This document shows, one piece after another, positions 38,866 through 42,675 of a stretch of DNA of 42,675 nucleotides (position 1 is its first letter; every line of letters begins with the position of its first letter). The notes below the pieces were generated by a model. The model made no database searches, had not been told where the DNA came from, and saw only the letters and a list, made by a program, of their open reading frames with translations. This DNA is from Candidatus Limimonas coprohippi. GTDB lineage: Bacteria > Bacillota > Clostridia > Oscillospirales > Acutalibacteraceae. The stretch is from positions 1-42,675 of the forward strand of contig JAGHSI010000015.1 in NCBI GenBank assembly GCA_018065925.1, in the 5' to 3' direction. The position numbers were made by a program, and so were the translations under genes.

Positions 38866-39993
38866 ATGAGCGCTATAAACACTTTTAACGCTTTCCTTGA
38901 AGAGAACTATCCAAGACTTGATTCCAAGATAGACTTCTTTAACAAGACAATGCTTCAGGAAGCACCTGAAGGATTTACAAGGTCAATGTCTTATTTCACC
39001 CATATTAACTCTGGTGGCAAGATGCTTCGCGGTGTACTTGCCAACATGGGTTATTACATTATGGGTGGAGAAGGTGACATAGATTATTCGGATGACCTTG
39101 CAATGTCACTTGAAATCTTTCAGTCTTCTATCCTAATTCATGATGACCTTCTTGATCACGGCAACACACGCCGCGGCAAGGAGACAACTCATGTAAGGAT
39201 ATTCAATGAGTTTAATATCACTAACGCCAAGGTGCTTGAGGACAGCCCAGATGTCATGAAGGATCTTGTAAATGGTGTGTCCGTAGCACTTGGCTATGTG
39301 GGCCTCTATGAGGCATATAACAAGCTCCTCTCGGCTTACTCTGACAATCCAAATATCTATCGCCTCTTAAAAGAATATAACCATATGGTTATCAAGACAG
39401 TTGAGGGTGGAATAATGGATGTTGTAATTCCATTCTCAGAGAGGTATAAGGATCAAATCCCAGTTCAGAGTCCAATCAATGCGGATCCATTTGTTGTCAT
39501 TGAAAACCTTGCGACACTCAAGACGGCTTACTATACAACAATGGGACCAATAGTACTCGGTATGATACTTGCTGGTGCAACAGAGAATCAAACAAACGCT
39601 GTCTCTGAAGTTATGCTTGATACTGGTCTTGCATTCCAGATTCAAGATGACCTTCTTGGTATCTATGCTGACCAGGACATCCTAGGTAAGGATGTTGGTG
39701 CTGATGTTGCTGAGTATAAACAGACATTCCTCTATGCTTATGTCAAGGCAAATGATGAGGCAGCACTTGATGAGCTCAATCGTTTCTATGGTGACAACAA
39801 AATTGACGCCAGTGGCGTCAAGGCAGTTCAAGATATTTTCAATAGGACTGGTGCATATCAGTTTGCACACGATAAGATGGAGTTCCACTACAAGAGAGCC
39901 AAGGAGAGACTTTCAAAAATTGACTTCATCGACGATGAGGGCAAGGAGCTTATTTTGGGCTTTATCGAATATCTCGAGCAACGCAAAAAATAA
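38866..39993 (+). CDS. Polyprenyl synthetase family protein (trans-isoprenyl diphosphate synthase), long form of 375 aa
   Basis: First Asp-rich motif is LIHDDLLDHGNTRRGK. Second is FQIQDDLLGIYADQDILGKDVGADVAEYKQT. An insertion sits between the motifs. Confidence 0.9.
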   Translation: MSAINTFNAFLEENYPRLDSKIDFFNKTMLQEAPEGFTRSMSYFTHINSGGKMLRGVLANMGYYIMGGEGDIDYSDDLAMSLEIFQSSILIHDDLLDHGNTRRGKETTHVRIFNEFNITNAKVLEDSPDVMKDLVNGVSVALGYVGLYEAYNKLLSAYSDNPNIYRLLKEYNHMVIKTVEGGIMDVVIPFSERYKDQIPVQSPINADPFVVIENLATLKTAYYTTMGPIVLGMILAGATENQTNAVSEVMLDTGLAFQIQDDLLGIYADQDILGKDVGADVAEYKQTFLYAYVKANDEAALDELNRFYGDNKIDASGVKAVQDIFNRTGAYQFAHDKMEFHYKRAKERLSKIDFIDDEGKELILGFIEYLEQRKK

Positions 39994-39996
39994 TCC

Positions 39997-40025
39997 TTGT
40001 ATGGTCACTATGTTAAGAGTATAAT
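39997..40025 (+). promoter_or_regulatory. Candidate internal promoter for the Nudix gene
   Basis: TTGTAT, 17-nt spacer, TATAAT. Confidence 0.45.
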
Positions 40026-40071
40026 AAACCCAAATTGTCTACGGCGCGTATGCGCTATCGGAGGGTATATT

Positions 40072-40791
40072 ATGCTTGGCAAATTTGTCAGGGTAAAGGT
40101 AACAACTCCGGTTGGTTCTGCAGATGAAAATGGTCTTATCTACAAACTGAATTACGGAGAAATTGATTTTGTTACCTCAAAGGGACGCCAAAAATTAAAG
40201 GCGTTTATCTTAGGCATTAACCATCCCGTTTCCACGTTTGATGGTCGAGTTAATGCTACCTGTGAAAAGAACGGGGAAATTTATTATCTTGTTGCTCCAA
40301 AGAGCAAAAGATTCATCATTCATGATATTAAGGACGCACTCTCGTTCTTTGAACCAGATGACATTACTTGTCTCTATGAACGTTCCTGTGGAGCTATTGT
40401 CTTTAGAAAGATAGGAGAGAGTTATCGCTATCTTCTTATAAAGAACAAGCGTAGCATTCATTGGAGTTTTCCAAAAGGTCATGTTGAAGAGGGGGAGACA
40501 GACGAGGACACTGCAATTCGCGAAGTGTTCGAGGAGTCTGGCCTTCATATTGACATAATTCCTGGTTTTAAGACCACCTCTGAATATCTCATTCAAGGTA
40601 GGGTTGAAAAAACAGTTAATATCTATGCTGCAAAAACTCAGGACACTAACACAGTTATTCAAGAGGAAGAGATTGAGGATTATGCATGGCTTCCTTTTGA
40701 ACAGGCATTAAAGCGCCTTAAGTTTGAAAATGATAAGAAGATTTTAACTGATGCTCGTGCATTCCTTCTTGAGAAGGGCTTAGTTGAATAA
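40072..40791 (+). CDS. Nudix hydrolase (Ap4A-hydrolase-like) fused to an unassigned ~100-aa N-terminal domain
   Basis: ATG 40072 follows GGAGGG. Nudix box GHVEEGETDEDTAIREVFEESGL is preceded by WSFPKGH. The N-terminal domain MLGKFVRVKVTTPVGS...LNYGEI is not confidently assigned. Confidence 0.87.
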   Translation: MLGKFVRVKVTTPVGSADENGLIYKLNYGEIDFVTSKGRQKLKAFILGINHPVSTFDGRVNATCEKNGEIYYLVAPKSKRFIIHDIKDALSFFEPDDITCLYERSCGAIVFRKIGESYRYLLIKNKRSIHWSFPKGHVEEGETDEDTAIREVFEESGLHIDIIPGFKTTSEYLIQGRVEKTVNIYAAKTQDTNTVIQEEEIEDYAWLPFEQALKRLKFENDKKILTDARAFLLEKGLVE

Positions 40792-40801
40792 GGAGAAGAC
40801 T

Positions 40802-41335
40802 ATGTCTGAAACATTAGCAAATGCCATCGTCGGTTTCTTTGGCACCGATGGCGGAACTTTAGGAAATTACCTCATAATTTTTGGCATCTCATTACTTCCA
40901 ATACTTGAACTTCGTGGTGGGCTTATAGCTGCCTATCTCTTAGGCTTACCGCTTATTCCATCTATGATAGTTTGCTATATTGGCAATATGATTCCAGTTC
41001 CTTTTATTCTTATTTTTATTAAGAAGATTTTGAATTTTATGGGTAGGTTTAAAATCTTTGAAAAACTTGTAAACTGGGTTCAACATCGTGGTGAGAAGAA
41101 AGCCGATGAGATGAAAAAAAGACAGTCAAAGTTTGAGGAGTGGGGACTCATGGCATTCGTTGCTATTCCTCTTCCTGGAACTGGAGGCTGGACCGGATCA
41201 TTGGTTGCAGCACTTCTTGACATGGACAACAAGAAAGCATTTAAGGTAATAGCTGTTGGCGTTGCTGTCGCAGGCATTATTGTTGCTGCTTTATCCTATG
41301 GACTTGTTGATGTTATCGTAGGACTTTTTAAATAA
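40802..41335 (+). CDS. Small membrane protein, 'small multidrug export'-like (COG2426 type)
   Basis: ATG 40802 follows AAGGAGAA. Four hydrophobic helices. LPILELRGGLIAAY and a GTGGWTGS loop are typical of this family. Confidence 0.78.
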   Translation: MSETLANAIVGFFGTDGGTLGNYLIIFGISLLPILELRGGLIAAYLLGLPLIPSMIVCYIGNMIPVPFILIFIKKILNFMGRFKIFEKLVNWVQHRGEKKADEMKKRQSKFEEWGLMAFVAIPLPGTGGWTGSLVAALLDMDNKKAFKVIAVGVAVAGIIVAALSYGLVDVIVGLFK

Positions 41336-41344
41336 GTGAAAAAT

Positions 41345-41382
41345 AAAGAGCACTTTGGATTTCCAAAGTGCTCTTTACTTTT
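41345..41382. terminator. Bidirectional rho-independent terminator between convergent genes
   Basis: 14-bp stem AAAGAGCACTTTGG-attt-CCAAAGTGCTCTTT with T-runs on both strands. Confidence 0.87.
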
Positions 41383-41391
41383 AGTTATGCT

Positions 41392-42615
41392 TTACTTGAG
41401 TGTTGCAAAACGCTCAAACATATCGTCCATATAATCAAAGAACTGCTGTGCAGGAATATGAGCGCCATTCCATGAGAGGTGGCACTGATGCTGAACAGGC
41501 ATATTGTACCAGATACCTGGCTTTAATTCCTTGCCTGCCTCGAATTCTTCCTGAGGAGCATTGAAAGGTGCACGCTGTCCAAGAACGTTTACAAAACCGT
41601 CGTTTGAAAGCCATTCTTCTTTGTTTGGATGTTCAGGATAAACTGCTGCCATTTCATCTGACCAAGCAGAACCTGTGAGCCAGCCAGCACCCCAAGGTAC
41701 AAAGTTCATAGCGCTCCAAATTGGCTTGTGATTTCCATTTGATTTTGGCTCTGAAGCCTCGCCGATATAAGCAAAGTAATATGTGTTAGGATTTGGCTTG
41801 TGCTCTTTGTTAGCTTCTTTCATATACTCGAGAGTCATTTCCCAACCAACGTTATCCTGCTTGCACTTTGAGTATGCAATAGCACCGTCACGGTATTCCT
41901 CTGGCTTTGCAATGTGGAGGAATTTTGGTTTGTCTTCAGGATTTGCAGTGATATTCCACTGATCGAGACGCTGATCCCAGAAATGAGTTACGAGACCCAT
42001 TCTACCGATAGTACCAACACCGTAGCAAACAGCCTTCATAATCTTCTCATAGCCATTGCCTTCCATGAGCTTTGAGGCCATAGTTGTACCATTGTTAACA
42101 CCTGCAAGTGTTACAACACAGTGGAGAAGGTCGCCCTGGCCACCCTTAAAGAGTGGAGAAAGTTCTGATTCTGGTGTTGCTGCACGTTCCTCTTCTGAAC
42201 CATTCATAAGCATGTTTGAGAAAGCAATTACAAATGAACCACCGAGGCTGTGACCAACGATGTTGATCTTCTCATGGTTACCTGGTTTACCCCAATCCTT
42301 TAGTACACCAGGGTAAGTACGTCCATAACGGGCATGTCCGTATTTCTCTGAATGTGCTTTACCATAGTCTACTGTACCACCGAGGAGGTAAGCATAGAGG
42401 ATACAGCAACGATCCCAAGCTGAGTTCCATGGACCGAGTGGTGGATTGTATACTTCGTATCCAGCTTTCTTGAGGCGAGGAAGCACATTGTGCTTTCTGT
42501 TCCAAAAGAACTTAAATCCCCAGTACTGAAGAAGATAATCATGGATCCAGTCACCCTTACCGAAGCCCATAAATCCGTGAAGAAGTATGGTTGGATAATT
42601 GTTGTTTTTTGTCAT
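41392..42615 (-). CDS. Alpha/beta-hydrolase lipase/esterase (Staphylococcus/Geobacillus-type lipase family)
   Basis: N-terminal YPTILLHGFMGFG oxyanion motif and nucleophile elbow GHSLGG. GGAGATG RBS. No signal peptide is visible. Confidence 0.87.
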   Translation of the reverse strand: MTKNNNYPTILLHGFMGFGKGDWIHDYLLQYWGFKFFWNRKHNVLPRLKKAGYEVYNPPLGPWNSAWDRCCILYAYLLGGTVDYGKAHSEKYGHARYGRTYPGVLKDWGKPGNHEKINIVGHSLGGSFVIAFSNMLMNGSEEERAATPESELSPLFKGGQGDLLHCVVTLAGVNNGTTMASKLMEGNGYEKIMKAVCYGVGTIGRMGLVTHFWDQRLDQWNITANPEDKPKFLHIAKPEEYRDGAIAYSKCKQDNVGWEMTLEYMKEANKEHKPNPNTYYFAYIGEASEPKSNGNHKPIWSAMNFVPWGAGWLTGSAWSDEMAAVYPEHPNKEEWLSNDGFVNVLGQRAPFNAPQEEFEAGKELKPGIWYNMPVQHQCHLSWNGAHIPAQQFFDYMDDMFERFATLK

Positions 42616-42675
42616 AATTTCATCTCCGTTTATTCAAAATTTTATTAAAACCAAGACTTATTATATACTTTATAG

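Noticed and set aside
1-42675. Scan for CRISPR repeats, IS/transposase/integrase genes, prophage or defence-island genes, rRNA and additional tRNAs.
   Set aside because: None were seen by eye. The only T-arm-like GGTTCGAATCC motif is at 860-870 (tRNA-Gln). No direct repeat of the tRNA 3' end that would mark an integrated element was found within the window.

Overview
This 42.7-kb window looks like low-GC Firmicutes chromosome of Clostridia or Lachnospiraceae type, judged by gene order and protein sequences. This is an impression, not a search result. Almost every gene is on the + strand and belongs to the core housekeeping set. In order the window holds rpmB, tRNA-Gln(CUG), a lipoprotein Ntn-hydrolase, recA-recX, pgi, a mini P-loop protein and yceD-rpmF. 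Next come a DUF512 radical-SAM gene with der, an SPFH / Arc-like RHH / ABC-transporter operon, a YfcE-type phosphoesterase and ndk. Then follow rpoB-rpoC, rpsL-rpsG-fusA-tuf, an orphan lipoprotein and pyrH-frr-uppS-cdsA-dxr-rseP-ispG-polC. The window ends with a small unknown ORF, a polyprenyl synthase, a Nudix fusion, a small-export membrane protein and a convergent lipase (the only minus-strand gene). I saw no CRISPR array, IS element, transposase, integrase, prophage or rRNA. The most unusual feature is that the intact polC ORF (1199 aa), sitting in the canonical polC locus, has no 3'-5' exonuclease (DnaQ-like) insertion in its PHP domain. Secondary leads are: a translationally coupled 103-aa 'VPML-repeat' ORF upstream of an atypically long polyprenyl synthase; tandem TGATATCA palindromes on the promoter of the SPFH-RHH-ABC operon; a non-canonical CGAACATT-N7-AATGTTCG repeat at the recA promoter; a Cys-rich small ORF overlapping the der 3' end; a GC3-rich coding-like fragment beside tRNA-Gln; and a synteny junction at tuf | lipoprotein | pyrH. 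All calls come from reading the sequence and remembered family motifs. No database search was run.
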